A stretch of 64,000 bases of DNA, taken from contig JAUWMV010000001.1 of the NCBI GenBank assembly GCA_030613005.1, positions 7,771 to 71,770 of the forward strand, in the 5' to 3' direction. The DNA comes from a bacterium (lineage in GTDB: Bacteria; UBP14; UBA6098; B30-G16). The translations under genes were made by a program, and so were the position numbers. This document shows positions 47,358-58,006 of the stretch, piece after piece (within the stretch, counting starts at the first letter, position 1; each line of letters begins with the position of its first letter). The notes below the pieces were generated by a model. It had not been told where the DNA came from. It was given only the letters and a program-made list of their open reading frames with translations, and made no database searches.

Positions 47358-48841
47358 CGATGTCGAAATTAATGAAAACAATATGTGATGTATTCGATAA
47401 AATTGCTCGAAGCTTGGACTGTAAAATTTCAGGCAAAATAATAGACTGTCCATTTATTGGTATCACAAGCGATTCTAGGGAAATCCAGCCGGGATTTATT
47501 TTCGTAGCTATAAAAGGGCTGACATACGATGGACATGATTTTATTTCTGATGCATTATCGAGGGGAGCAAAGGGGTTAATTGTTTCTCTCGAGTATTCAG
47601 AAATCTTTCAGGAAGTTCCGATTATTAAATGCAAAGATACAAGAGAAGCTCTGGCTCTTGGTTTGAAGGAATTATACGGTCGAATTCCAAAAAGAATAAT
47701 AGGTGTAACAGGAACAAATGGGAAAACAACTGTAACGCATTTGCTATGGGAAATACTTACGAAATCGGAAGAAAAAGCAGGTTTGATCGGAACTCTCGGT
47801 TATATGTTCGAGGATAGATTTTATAAAAATTTACCAGTTACAACTCCCAACGCCGAATTACTATGGAAAATTTTATCTCAGATGAAAGAACACGAGATAG
47901 AAACTGTGGCAATGGAGGTGTCATCTCATGGGTTGTCACAGAAACGAGTTTGGGGAGTACCATTTGAAGTAGCAATATTTACTAATCTTTCTCAAGATCA
48001 TCTCGACTATCATGGAGATATGGAATCATATTTAGATGCCAAATGTATCCTTTTCCGTAACCTACCAAAATCATCGCTATCGATTATTAATTCCGATGAT
48101 GAAGTTTATGATGTTGTCGCACAATGTGTTCCCGGAGATATGTGGACATTCGGAATCCATAATAGTTCTGCCGATGTTATTGCAGAACAAATAGATACTG
48201 GGATATATGGAAGTAGATTTAAAGTTAAATCTCCATGGGGGAAATTCGATATTGCGACAGAATTAATTGGAGAATTTAATATTTACAATATTCTAGCCTC
48301 GATGACGACATCCCTTGCATTAGAGTATGAAGCGGAAATTATAATTAAAGCAATAGAGGAATTTAAAGCAATGAAGGGACGTGTTCAACTGGTCGATTTG
48401 GGGCAAGCTTTCGGCGTAATTATAGATTATGCACATACTCCTGAAGCATTACGAAATCTTCTTGTAACCATGAGAAGCATTACAAAAGGTCGAGTGATTG
48501 TTATTTTCGGTGCAGGTGGGGATCGAGATAAGATAAAGAGACCAGTAATGGGTAGAATCGCTACTCAATTCTCAGATTTTGCCGTGATTACATCCGATAA
48601 TCCTCGATCCGAAAACCCATCGAATATTATAGAAATGATCGAGAAGGGAGTAGTTGAGGATAATTGGATAAGTATAACGAATCGAAAAGAAGCCATAAAT
48701 TGGGCAATTAAAAAAGCCCGTCCAGGAGATATGGTAGTAATAGCAGGCAAGGGTCATGAGGACTATCAGATTTTGCGGAATAGGACAATTCATTTTGATG
48801 ATTATGAGATAGCGAAGTCAGCTATAGAAGAACTTTGTTAA
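47336..48841 (+). CDS. murE: UDP-N-acetylmuramoyl-L-alanyl-D-glutamate–2,6-diaminopimelate ligase.
   Basis: GVTGTNGKTT P-loop, a DNPR-like motif (TSDNPRSENP), and Mur ligase domain order. Confidence 0.9.
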   Translation: MSGQRIITMSKLMKTICDVFDKIARSLDCKISGKIIDCPFIGITSDSREIQPGFIFVAIKGLTYDGHDFISDALSRGAKGLIVSLEYSEIFQEVPIIKCKDTREALALGLKELYGRIPKRIIGVTGTNGKTTVTHLLWEILTKSEEKAGLIGTLGYMFEDRFYKNLPVTTPNAELLWKILSQMKEHEIETVAMEVSSHGLSQKRVWGVPFEVAIFTNLSQDHLDYHGDMESYLDAKCILFRNLPKSSLSIINSDDEVYDVVAQCVPGDMWTFGIHNSSADVIAEQIDTGIYGSRFKVKSPWGKFDIATELIGEFNIYNILASMTTSLALEYEAEIIIKAIEEFKAMKGRVQLVDLGQAFGVIIDYAHTPEALRNLLVTMRSITKGRVIVIFGAGGDRDKIKRPVMGRIATQFSDFAVITSDNPRSENPSNIIEMIEKGVVEDNWISITNRKEAINWAIKKARPGDMVVIAGKGHEDYQILRNRTIHFDDYEIAKSAIEELC

Positions 48842-48871
48842 TCTGTTTGATTAATAGGCTTTCGACATGAT

Positions 48872-50254
48872 TTGGGGGTTATTTTGAAGCCAGAAAGGCT
48901 CACAAAAATATCGATACTTCTTTCTGGGAGATTATTTCCCAAAGACGCCGGTAATGTATACGTAAGGGGAGTTTCGAATGACTCCAGGACAATTAAGCCT
49001 GGAGAGTTGTTTTTTGCTTTAAAAGCTCTTCGAGATGGTCATAATTTTGTGAAGGACGCATTTGATAATGGTGCTGCTGCTGCAATTGTAGAAAGACAAA
49101 TTCCCACAAAATTACCCCAGATAGTCGTTATCAATACGTTGGATTCACTAGGTGAATTTGGGAGAATCTACAGAAACCGCATTAATCCGAATGTTGTAGC
49201 GGTTACGGGTTCTGTGGGAAAAACAACTGCTAGGGAAATAATTGCAAGTGTACTAAGAACAAAGTTTAAAACTGTTAGTGCGAAAAACAATTATAATAAT
49301 CTCATCGGTTTACCTTTAACGCTTTTGGACATGCCAGACGATTGCGAATTTGCCGTTGTAGAACTTGGGATAAACATGCCGGGTGAGATGATTCGTATGT
49401 CGGAAATATCTCAACCTAATGCAGCGGTAATAACCTCGGTAGCTCGAGTACACACTGAAAGGCTTGACAACATTAATAGAATCTTACATGAAAAACTTAA
49501 AATTACTTTCGCTATGGATCCAGAAGCACCATTATTTCTTAATACAGATTTTCCAAAATTGTCAAATATACGAAATTCAGTAGATCACCCCGTAATAACC
49601 TACGGAATTAATTCAGGTGATTATAGAGCAGTTGACTTGAATTTTGAGGATTGTAAGCCTGATTTTAAAGTTAAAGGTTATCCATTTAAGTTAAAAATGT
49701 TAGGTTACCAGTCTGTTTATGCAAGTTTGGCTGCAATTGCTGTGGGTGATTATTTCGATATACCATTTCCAAAAATTCAGGAAGTCCTAGAAGTTCAAGA
49801 AGCATTGCCTCATAGAATGCAACTTGTTAAACTTAATGGGATAAAAATCATTGATGATTCTTACAATGCTTGCCCTATTTCTGTCAAAGAAGCCTTGAAT
49901 TGTTTAAATAAAATATCGGGAAATAGAAAAATCGCTGTATTAGGTGATATGTTGGAATTGGGTACTCATGAGAAGAAATCTCATGAAGATATCGGTGTAT
50001 GGCTTTACGAGAATGATGTTGATATGGTGATTTTGTATGGTGATAGAATGAATTTTGCATCTGAGAAACTTCGGCAACTTAAATTCACAGGAGAACTTGT
50101 ATACACAAAGGATTTTTCTTTCGCAAAACATAAACTGATTAATTACATACAATCAGATGATGTGATATTAATCAAAGGTTCAAACAAAATGGGAATGTCG
50201 AAAATTATTGATGCAATCAAAGATATTATGATTAATAAGACTTCAGAAAGGTAA
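48872..50254 (+). CDS. murF: UDP-N-acetylmuramoyl-tripeptide–D-alanyl-D-alanine ligase.
   Basis: VTGSVGKTT P-loop and Mur ligase fold. Apparent TTG start; the exact start is uncertain. Confidence 0.85.
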   Translation: MGVILKPERLTKISILLSGRLFPKDAGNVYVRGVSNDSRTIKPGELFFALKALRDGHNFVKDAFDNGAAAAIVERQIPTKLPQIVVINTLDSLGEFGRIYRNRINPNVVAVTGSVGKTTAREIIASVLRTKFKTVSAKNNYNNLIGLPLTLLDMPDDCEFAVVELGINMPGEMIRMSEISQPNAAVITSVARVHTERLDNINRILHEKLKITFAMDPEAPLFLNTDFPKLSNIRNSVDHPVITYGINSGDYRAVDLNFEDCKPDFKVKGYPFKLKMLGYQSVYASLAAIAVGDYFDIPFPKIQEVLEVQEALPHRMQLVKLNGIKIIDDSYNACPISVKEALNCLNKISGNRKIAVLGDMLELGTHEKKSHEDIGVWLYENDVDMVILYGDRMNFASEKLRQLKFTGELVYTKDFSFAKHKLINYIQSDDVILIKGSNKMGMSKIIDAIKDIMINKTSER

Positions 50255-50260
50255 TTAGAG

Positions 50261-51355
50261 ATGCTTTACGAACTGCTATATCCATTGGCATCAAATTATA
50301 TTATTTTCAATTTATTGCGATACATTACTTTCCGAATCGCAATGGCAGCAACAACTAGCTTTCTGGTGTCGCTTATTCTTTGTGGTCCGATGATAAAATA
50401 CCTTAAAAGAAAAAAGATCGAAAGCAAAATAAGAGAAGATGTTCCCAAAAGGCACCTTCAGAAACGAGGAACTCCTACAATGGGTGGCTTAGTTATTATA
50501 GGGGGCGTTATCGTCGGGACAGGTTTGTGGGCTAGAATCGATAATCCGTATGTGTTGATGGCGTTAATATCTTTAGTGTTAACTGGTGTCATGGGCTTTG
50601 TCGATGACTACATTAAAGATGTCGCTGGTGATCCGAAAGGTCTTTTGGCAAGATACAAACTGTATGGTCAAATACTCTTAGCGTTAGCAATTGCTTTAAT
50701 GTTGTACACAGATCCTTTCAACATAAGCGTTGGGTTGCGCGATACTACTGAGCTTCCGTTTTTAAAAAATGTATATATAAATATGGGCATCGGTTATATT
50801 ATTTTTTCTACATTCGTTATTGTAGCCTCCACAAATGCAGTAAATATAGTTGACGGATTGGACGGATTGGCAGCAGGACTCGTGGGTATTTTATCTGTAA
50901 TGTTCACAGCAGTAGCTTATGTATCGGGACGTCAAGACTTTACGCAATATCTTAATATTGTATATTTACCCGGAACCGGGGAGTTGTCAATATTCTGCAT
51001 TTCGATGGCTGGCGCTATCCTGGGTTTCCTGTGGTATAACACACATCCTGCACAAATTTTTATGGGGGATACTGGTGCGCTTTCAATGGGAGTTGCTTTA
51101 GGGGTAATTTCGGTGATGCTGAAGAAGGAATTTCTGTTGCTTATTGCTGGTGGTGTATTTGTCATTGAAGTCTTGACTGTGATTATGCAGGTTTCCTATT
51201 TCAAAGTTACCGGTGGCAAGAGAATTTTTAAGATTACCCCAATACATCATTCCTTTGAATTAAACGGATTGCATGAATCTAAGATTGTTGTCCGTTTCTG
51301 GATAGTGGGAATTATTTTTGCAATTTTAGGCTTAGTTTCCTTTAAGGTGAGATGA
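50261..51355 (+). CDS. mraY: Phospho-N-acetylmuramoyl-pentapeptide transferase.
   Basis: Ten TM helices. Motifs DDYIKD, NAVNIVDGLDGLA and HHSFE. Confidence 0.95.
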   Translation: MLYELLYPLASNYIIFNLLRYITFRIAMAATTSFLVSLILCGPMIKYLKRKKIESKIREDVPKRHLQKRGTPTMGGLVIIGGVIVGTGLWARIDNPYVLMALISLVLTGVMGFVDDYIKDVAGDPKGLLARYKLYGQILLALAIALMLYTDPFNISVGLRDTTELPFLKNVYINMGIGYIIFSTFVIVASTNAVNIVDGLDGLAAGLVGILSVMFTAVAYVSGRQDFTQYLNIVYLPGTGELSIFCISMAGAILGFLWYNTHPAQIFMGDTGALSMGVALGVISVMLKKEFLLLIAGGVFVIEVLTVIMQVSYFKVTGGKRIFKITPIHHSFELNGLHESKIVVRFWIVGIIFAILGLVSFKVR

Positions 51356-51356
51356 T

Positions 51357-52694
51357 ATGAAGAGGATTTCTATAATAGGATTAGGTCGAAGCGGTGAAGC
51401 AGCAGCAAAACTTGCGCAAAAGCATGGCTCTAGTGTTTTTGTTTCAGACTATGCTGATAATACCGAATTGAGAATTATTGCCAGTAGTTTAAAAAAATTA
51501 GGCATCGATGTTGAATTGGGTGAAAATTCGGATCGAATTCTTCAGTCGGATGAAATAGTTTTAAGCCCGGGCGTGCCACTCGATATACCAATTTTGGAAA
51601 AAGCCAAAATGGTAAATATTCCTATTATAGGTGAAGTTGAATTCGCTTTCTCGCTCGAGAAGGGAAGAATTGTGGCTGTAACGGGTTCAAACGGAAAGAG
51701 CACAACTGCTACATTAATTGCAAAAATGCTTGAAGATAGTGGGTTGAAGACTTTTCTGGCTGGTAATGTAGGGCTTCCTTACTCGACAATTGTAGAACAA
51801 ACAAATACAGAAACGGTTACTGTACTTGAGATATCAAGCTTTCAACTCGAAACCATGATAAATTTTAATCCTTATGTGGCAATTCTTCTAAATCTAACTC
51901 CCGATCATTTGGATAGATATCCAACAGTCGAGGATTATTATAATGCAAAATTGGATATTTTCGACATGCAAAGAGATAACGATTACAGTGTTTTAAATTT
52001 CGATTTGGATTACGTTAAATCTCGGACCGAGCATTTAAAAAGTAAGAAACTGTATTTTTCTACGAAATATCATAAAACACCAGGATCATTTGTTTCCGGT
52101 GGAAATATTTATCGCAACAATGAAAAGGTTATTGCAGTAAATAATATCGAAATTCCGGGACCACACAATTTGTCTAACGCCTTAGCAGCAGTGGCAACAA
52201 CAATTCCATTTGGTTTGCCTGTGAAATTTGTGGCTGAAGCTCTTGCAAAATTCAAGGGTTTAGAACACAGACTTGAGAGTTTTCTTGAATGGAATAATAT
52301 ATTATTTGTTAATGATTCAAAAGCTACTAATCCTGATTCTCTTCGTTTTGCACTCTTGTCTTTCTCAAGACCAATAATTCTTATCGCTGGTGGATATGAT
52401 AAGGGCATGGATTTTTCTGGTCTTAGAGAGATTTTTGCGGAAAAGGTTAAGTCTGTTGTTTTCACAGGTGAAACAGCCGAGAAGTTATCTAAGCAATTAG
52501 GTAATACGGTACCTTCTCAGATTACAATCGGTGATTTTAAAGATGCGGTTCAATATGCAGTATCGATAGCCGAAAGCGGAGATATTGTAATTCTTTCTCC
52601 GGGTTGTGCAAGTTTCGATGCATTCAAAAATTTTGAACATAGGGGTAAAGTATTCAAAGAACATGTAAAAAATATCATAGCGGCCAAACAGTAA
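51357..52694 (+). CDS. murD: UDP-N-acetylmuramoylalanine–D-glutamate ligase.
   Basis: VTGSNGKSTT P-loop and N-terminal Rossmann motif ISIIGLGRSG. Confidence 0.9.
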   Translation: MKRISIIGLGRSGEAAAKLAQKHGSSVFVSDYADNTELRIIASSLKKLGIDVELGENSDRILQSDEIVLSPGVPLDIPILEKAKMVNIPIIGEVEFAFSLEKGRIVAVTGSNGKSTTATLIAKMLEDSGLKTFLAGNVGLPYSTIVEQTNTETVTVLEISSFQLETMINFNPYVAILLNLTPDHLDRYPTVEDYYNAKLDIFDMQRDNDYSVLNFDLDYVKSRTEHLKSKKLYFSTKYHKTPGSFVSGGNIYRNNEKVIAVNNIEIPGPHNLSNALAAVATTIPFGLPVKFVAEALAKFKGLEHRLESFLEWNNILFVNDSKATNPDSLRFALLSFSRPIILIAGGYDKGMDFSGLREIFAEKVKSVVFTGETAEKLSKQLGNTVPSQITIGDFKDAVQYAVSIAESGDIVILSPGCASFDAFKNFEHRGKVFKEHVKNIIAAKQ

Positions 52695-53824
52695 TGTTGT
52701 CAATTGATCCTAAACTATTATTGGCAACGTTTATTCTAGTTCTTTTAGGAACGATAATGATCTATAGTGCATCATCTATTGTCAGCTACTTCAAGTATAA
52801 TGATATGAATTTTGTTTTCAAAAAACAAGTTCTAAGGGTTCTGTTAAGTATTATTGCTTTGGCATTTGGTTTATTGATTAATTATAAAAGATGGGAAACA
52901 TATTCAAATTATCTTTTGATTGGAGTGGGGGTATTACTCGTATTTACATTAATCCCAATTCTTGCAGGACAAGACGCAGTGAAGGGTGCACAACGATGGA
53001 TACAGATTTTCGGAATAGCATCGATTCAACCCTCTGAATTTGCCAAGTTCGCTCTTATTGTATTTATCGCATCGAAATTGTCGTTAAAGAACTTTAAATG
53101 GACTAATTTTAATGATAGCGTTCTTCCATTGATTCTTCCAATTGCAGCGATATTACTATTGATACTTTTACAACCTAATATCGGGATGGTTGTCGGTTTA
53201 AGTCTTGTTGTTGGGTCGATATTTATATTAGGGAGAATACCAGTAAGATATGCAGTAATTATGCTAATGATTTTTATTACAGTGATGATTATCGTAATTA
53301 TCGCCTTACCGTATGCTCAACAGAGAATTCTTGGTTTTGCTAATCCCACAGATCCGTATGACGAATCATATCAAATTAGACAATCTCTAATTACTATTGG
53401 CAGTGGAGGTGTTCTTGGAGTGGGTTTGGGTAAAAGCTTGCAAAAACTTTCCTTTCTCCCTGAAGCACATACAGAGTTCATATTTTCAATGGTTTGCAGT
53501 GAACTTGGATTAATCGGTGCATCGTTTGTATTAGTTCTTATAGGAATAATAGTGTGGCGTGGACTTAGAATATCCATTAGAGCACCCGATGATTTCGGAA
53601 CTTATCTTGCCTTTGGTATTACCGCGGAAATTTTTTATTTCAGTGCAATAAATATTGCTGTTGTTACCAATCTAATTCCAACTACTGGAATACCATTACC
53701 TTTCATGAGCTTTGGCGGTTCGCAACTTTTCGTGCATATGTTTTGTATTGGAATATTGATGAATATAGCAATGACAATGAGAGATCCAATCGATTATAAA
53801 TTAAAACTTTTGAAACAAACATGA
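52694..53824 (+). CDS. ftsW: Peptidoglycan glycosyltransferase FtsW (SEDS family).
   Basis: Polytopic membrane protein. The SEDS motifs FQPSEFAK-like (IQPSEFAKF) and PTTGIPLPFMSFGGS are present. Confidence 0.9.
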   Translation: MLSIDPKLLLATFILVLLGTIMIYSASSIVSYFKYNDMNFVFKKQVLRVLLSIIALAFGLLINYKRWETYSNYLLIGVGVLLVFTLIPILAGQDAVKGAQRWIQIFGIASIQPSEFAKFALIVFIASKLSLKNFKWTNFNDSVLPLILPIAAILLLILLQPNIGMVVGLSLVVGSIFILGRIPVRYAVIMLMIFITVMIIVIIALPYAQQRILGFANPTDPYDESYQIRQSLITIGSGGVLGVGLGKSLQKLSFLPEAHTEFIFSMVCSELGLIGASFVLVLIGIIVWRGLRISIRAPDDFGTYLAFGITAEIFYFSAINIAVVTNLIPTTGIPLPFMSFGGSQLFVHMFCIGILMNIAMTMRDPIDYKLKLLKQT

Positions 53825-54924
53825 GATATTTAATGGCAGGAGGAGGTACAGGTGGGCATATCCTCCCTGCAGTTAACATAGCCCGAGCAATCGAGGAAAT
53901 AGACAAGGCTGCGATATTCCTTTTTATTGGAACAAAAAAAGGATTGGAAAAGGATGTAATTCCACGGAGAGGATATGATATTCGAATGATATCCGCTAGA
54001 CCTTGGAACGGGTTGAAATCTGTGAAACCATTACGAGAATCAGTTTTAGAGGTAAAGTCGATAATTAAAGAATTTAAGCCTGATTGCGTTATTGGCACAG
54101 GAGGATATGTAAGTGCTCCGGTTGTTTTAGCAGCAAAATTAGCAAAAATTAAAGTTTTTATTCAAGAACAGAATTCGACTCCTGGTTTAGCTTCTAAATT
54201 AGGCTCGCTTTTTGCAGAAAAAATTTATCTGGGCTTCGAGGAATGCAAGGGAAAACTTTGGCGATCTGAAAATACGTTATTTACAGGTAATCCAATTTTC
54301 TCATCAAAAACAACAGTGGATACAAAGAACAGCAGGATTGCACTTGGATTAGACCCATCGATTAAAACTGTATTCGTTACCGGCGGAAGTCAAGGTTCTC
54401 AGGCAATTAATGATAATCTTATAGCAATGATAGATATGCTCGGTTTACCGGAGAATACTCAAATGTTATGGCAGTCTGGTCGCAACAATTATCAGCAGTT
54501 AAAGAAATACTTAGACAATAGAAATTATCCAATCGTAATTGAGGATTTTATTTATGATATGTTTACAGCCTATAATGCTAGTGATTTGGTTGTATGCAGA
54601 GCTGGAGCATTGACACTTGCTGAATTAGCACTCGAGGGTTTACCCGCGATACTCATTCCCTATCCTTATGCAAAGCACGACGAACAGAGAACCAATGCAC
54701 AGGTTTTTATTGGAGGAGATGCTGCAATAATTTTAGAACAGAAAGATTTAACACCGGAGATTCTATATGCAAGTATCGATGATCTAATAACAAACGAGAA
54801 GCGTTTGAGTGAAATGTCGATGGGGATGAAGCAATTATCCAAACCGGACGCTGCTCAAATAATTGCAAAATCGATATACGACAATTTGTCGAATTTTGGA
54901 AAAACTATCGGGAGGAAAAAATGA
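53821..54924 (+). CDS. murG: UDP-GlcNAc:undecaprenyl-PP-MurNAc-pentapeptide GlcNAc transferase.
   Basis: GGTGGHILPA N-terminal motif and C-terminal GGSQGS / AGALT(L)AE motifs. Confidence 0.95.
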   Translation: MRYLMAGGGTGGHILPAVNIARAIEEIDKAAIFLFIGTKKGLEKDVIPRRGYDIRMISARPWNGLKSVKPLRESVLEVKSIIKEFKPDCVIGTGGYVSAPVVLAAKLAKIKVFIQEQNSTPGLASKLGSLFAEKIYLGFEECKGKLWRSENTLFTGNPIFSSKTTVDTKNSRIALGLDPSIKTVFVTGGSQGSQAINDNLIAMIDMLGLPENTQMLWQSGRNNYQQLKKYLDNRNYPIVIEDFIYDMFTAYNASDLVVCRAGALTLAELALEGLPAILIPYPYAKHDEQRTNAQVFIGGDAAIILEQKDLTPEILYASIDDLITNEKRLSEMSMGMKQLSKPDAAQIIAKSIYDNLSNFGKTIGRKK

Positions 54925-56333
54925 CTCCCAGTTCCGGATATATGTATCGCAAAATTAAGCTTCTTCATTTTGTGGGCATTGGAGGAAGCGGGATGAATGG
55001 TATTGCAGAGATATTGGTAAACCTGGGGTATAGTCTTACAGGTTCCGATTTGAGAAGGACCGACATAACAAAACATCTCGAATCTTTGGGTGTGAAAGTT
55101 TTCTACGACCACAAATCCGGAAATATTGGAAATGCAGACGTTTTGGTTATCTCCTCTGCAATAAATCCTGATAATCCTGAATTAATAATGGCTCGAGAGC
55201 GAGGAATTCCTGTTATCCGAAGAGCTGAGATGCTTGCGGAACTTATGCGTCAAAAATATGGTATAGCCGTTTCTGGCACTCATGGGAAGAGCACAACAAC
55301 TTCTATCATAGGGGAAATATTAACCAAAGCCGGGTTAGATCCGACTGTTATTGTAGGAGGTAGAGTTGTTAACCTTGGTTCTAGTGCACAACTTGGAACT
55401 GGAGAATTTTTAGTTGCTGAAGCTGATGAGTTTGATAAGTCATTCTTACGTTTAACGCCTACTATTGCGGTTGTAACTAATATAGAGCGAGAACATATGG
55501 ACTGCTATGTTGATATGGATGAATTAGTTAACTCATTCGTTGAATTTATGAATAAAGTTCCATTTTACGGTAGAGTAATCCTATGTATAGATGAGCCTAT
55601 ACTTCAAGAATTGCTCCCTAAAATTGAAAGGACAATTTTTACATATGGTTTCTCAACTCAAGCCGATATCAGAGCGGTTAAGGTTAATTTTAAAGAAGGA
55701 ATGACTACGTTTGATGTTCTAACCGACGGTCAGTTCTTGGGAAGTATCCAAACAACTCAAGTAGGTTTTCACAATGTAAAGAATTCATTGGCTGCAATTG
55801 CAGTTAGCATCGATCTGGGTGTCGATTTTAAAGACATCCAGAGAGGATTAAAAGAATTTAAGGGAGTATTTAGAAGATTTCAGATCAAGGGAGAATTTGG
55901 CAATATACTTGTTGTCGACGATTTTGGGCATCATCCCACCGAGATAATTGCGACTCTTAAAGCGGCAAAGATGTCATACAATAGAAGAATTGTGGCGGTT
56001 TTCCAACCACATCTCTACACCAGAACAAGGGATTTTAATCTTGATTTCGGAAAATCATTTTTAGACAGTGACATTCTTGTGGTTACAGATGTTTATGGAG
56101 CAAGGGAAGAACCTATCCAAGGGATAACAGGCGAAATGATTGCCAGTGCTGCAAAGGAATATGGACATCGTCATGTTTTCTATGAACCAGATAAGCAAAA
56201 AATTCCTCAGCTGCTTATCGATATTACCGAGCCCAATGATCTTGTTTTGACGATAGGTGCTGGGAATGTGGGAAAAATTGCAGATGAATATATAGAACTT
56301 TTAAAAGAAAAGACGGGAAAGGAGAAGGATTAG
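54921..56333 (+). CDS. murC: UDP-N-acetylmuramate–L-alanine ligase. It ends with a TAG stop.
   Basis: HFVGIGGSGMNGIAEIL and GTHGKSTTTS motifs. 470 aa. Confidence 0.95.
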   Translation: MTPSSGYMYRKIKLLHFVGIGGSGMNGIAEILVNLGYSLTGSDLRRTDITKHLESLGVKVFYDHKSGNIGNADVLVISSAINPDNPELIMARERGIPVIRRAEMLAELMRQKYGIAVSGTHGKSTTTSIIGEILTKAGLDPTVIVGGRVVNLGSSAQLGTGEFLVAEADEFDKSFLRLTPTIAVVTNIEREHMDCYVDMDELVNSFVEFMNKVPFYGRVILCIDEPILQELLPKIERTIFTYGFSTQADIRAVKVNFKEGMTTFDVLTDGQFLGSIQTTQVGFHNVKNSLAAIAVSIDLGVDFKDIQRGLKEFKGVFRRFQIKGEFGNILVVDDFGHHPTEIIATLKAAKMSYNRRIVAVFQPHLYTRTRDFNLDFGKSFLDSDILVVTDVYGAREEPIQGITGEMIASAAKEYGHRHVFYEPDKQKIPQLLIDITEPNDLVLTIGAGNVGKIADEYIELLKEKTGKEKD

Positions 56334-56352
56334 ATTAATCCATTTTTCTGAA

Positions 56353-57267
56353 ATGAACACACAACACGAAATAACAGAAAAATTTGCAGCCATATGTGCA
56401 ATCGAGGAAAATTATCCTCTTTCTATGCTCACGACATTTGAAATAGGTGGGCCTGCATCATTAGCAATATTTCCTGAAGATAGAAAACAGTTGCTTAATG
56501 TATTGGAGCTCATAAAATCCGTTAAGAAACCTTGGATAGTTATCGGACGAGGAAGCAACCTTCTAGTTTCCGATTCTGGATTCGATGGGATAGTATTAGT
56601 TCTCAGAGAAGGTCCGAAAAGAATGATTAAAGTTGATGATGAAATATGGAATTTCGAGTGTGGAGTGTTGTTATCAAACGCTATAACGCATTTAGCATAT
56701 GAAGGTTATAGAGGATACGAGCCGTTAGCGGGAATTCCGGGTACTATTGGTGGCGCAGTGATTATGAACGCAGGTGCTTATGAAGTCTGGTTTGATGATA
56801 ACCTAATAGAAGTTGAAATATGGTCTCCATACAATGGGATAAAGACAGTTAAACAGGAGGACTTTAAAGTCTCGTATCGTCATTTTAGGCTTTGCGAGTA
56901 CGAAATTATTCTCTCGGCGACATTATTCTTTGAACCCGCTAAATCAAAGGAAGTTTTGGCAAATATCGAAAAATACCTTCAAATGCGAAAACACACCCAG
57001 CCACTCGGAGAAAAGTGTGCAGGATGCATTTTCAAGAATCCCAGGAATTCTCATGCGGGATTCCTGATCGAACAAGCCGACTTAAAAGGATCATCTATTG
57101 GAGATGCAACAATTTCAAATGCTCATTCAAATTTCATAATAAATAAAGGAGCAGCTTCCGCAAGAGATGTTTGGGAATTAATACAAATTATCAGAGAGAG
57201 AATTAAGAAGATATTCGAAATTGAATTGGAATTAGAAATAAAACTAATAGGAAATTTTGATGTGTAA
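56353..57267 (+). CDS. murB: UDP-N-acetylenolpyruvoylglucosamine reductase.
   Basis: FAD-binding domain (IGGPASLAIFP…GRGSNLL). The catalytic Ser region AGCIFKNP is present. Confidence 0.9.
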   Translation: MNTQHEITEKFAAICAIEENYPLSMLTTFEIGGPASLAIFPEDRKQLLNVLELIKSVKKPWIVIGRGSNLLVSDSGFDGIVLVLREGPKRMIKVDDEIWNFECGVLLSNAITHLAYEGYRGYEPLAGIPGTIGGAVIMNAGAYEVWFDDNLIEVEIWSPYNGIKTVKQEDFKVSYRHFRLCEYEIILSATLFFEPAKSKEVLANIEKYLQMRKHTQPLGEKCAGCIFKNPRNSHAGFLIEQADLKGSSIGDATISNAHSNFIINKGAASARDVWELIQIIRERIKKIFEIELELEIKLIGNFDV

Positions 57268-58006
57268 AAACCTTAAAATAATGCTTGTATTCCTTGCAAC
57301 AGTTGCTCTTGCAATGTGTTGGGCATTGAACAGCTCTTTCTTCAAACTCGATGAGATCAATATCTCTGGCAATACGAACCTTAATCGAGATGGGGTATTG
57401 CGAATTCTTAATATCGAATCGGGTCAGAATATTTTGTTGATGGACTTTATTGCAATGAGTAAAAAAATGGTAGCTCAAAACAGGATCGCGGAAGCTAAGG
57501 TGAATATGCACTGGCCAAATGGATTGAATATTTACATTAAAGATAAAATTGGCAAATATCTTCTCAATGTCGGTGATATTTGGTACTTGACATCTGAGGG
57601 AATAGTTTTACCAAAATCAGAACTCAAAGGTATAATCGATAAGCCTATAATCATACCTATTGAAAGTTGCAATATTAAAGAACAGACTAAATTAGAATAC
57701 GAATCGATTGTTCGATCATTAGAGTTCCTAAATTACTTATCTGAAAATAATTCTTATGTACTGGATATTATTTCTGAAGTGATGTCCCCTTCTGAGGGTG
57801 AAATTAACCTGTTTTTACAAAATGACGGACTGAGAGTTAGATTAGGAAGAAACTGGGATATTTTCCACAAACTTGAACTCCTTTTAGACAATATCAGTTG
57901 CGAAAGAGAAAGAGTAGGAGAAATAGATTTCAGATTTACGGGTCAAGCAATAGTCAGATATAAAAATGAGGCTTCATCCCCATCACGGAGCGAGTATGAA
58001 AAATAA
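57257..58006 (+). CDS. ftsQ: Cell-division protein FtsQ/DivIB.
   Basis: N-terminal TM helix followed by POTRA-like sequence (INISGNTNLNRDGV). Its position between murB and ftsA supports the call. Confidence 0.75.
   Translation: MMCKNLKIMLVFLATVALAMCWALNSSFFKLDEINISGNTNLNRDGVLRILNIESGQNILLMDFIAMSKKMVAQNRIAEAKVNMHWPNGLNIYIKDKIGKYLLNVGDIWYLTSEGIVLPKSELKGIIDKPIIIPIESCNIKEQTKLEYESIVRSLEFLNYLSENNSYVLDIISEVMSPSEGEINLFLQNDGLRVRLGRNWDIFHKLELLLDNISCERERVGEIDFRFTGQAIVRYKNEASSPSRSEYEK

Noticed and set aside
53703-54098. 131-aa minus-strand ORF inside the ftsW/murG junction. The same applies to similar antisense ORFs at 18253..18711, 20903..21295 and 31414..31857.
   Set aside because: These overlap strongly supported essential genes on the opposite strand and are antisense-frame artefacts.
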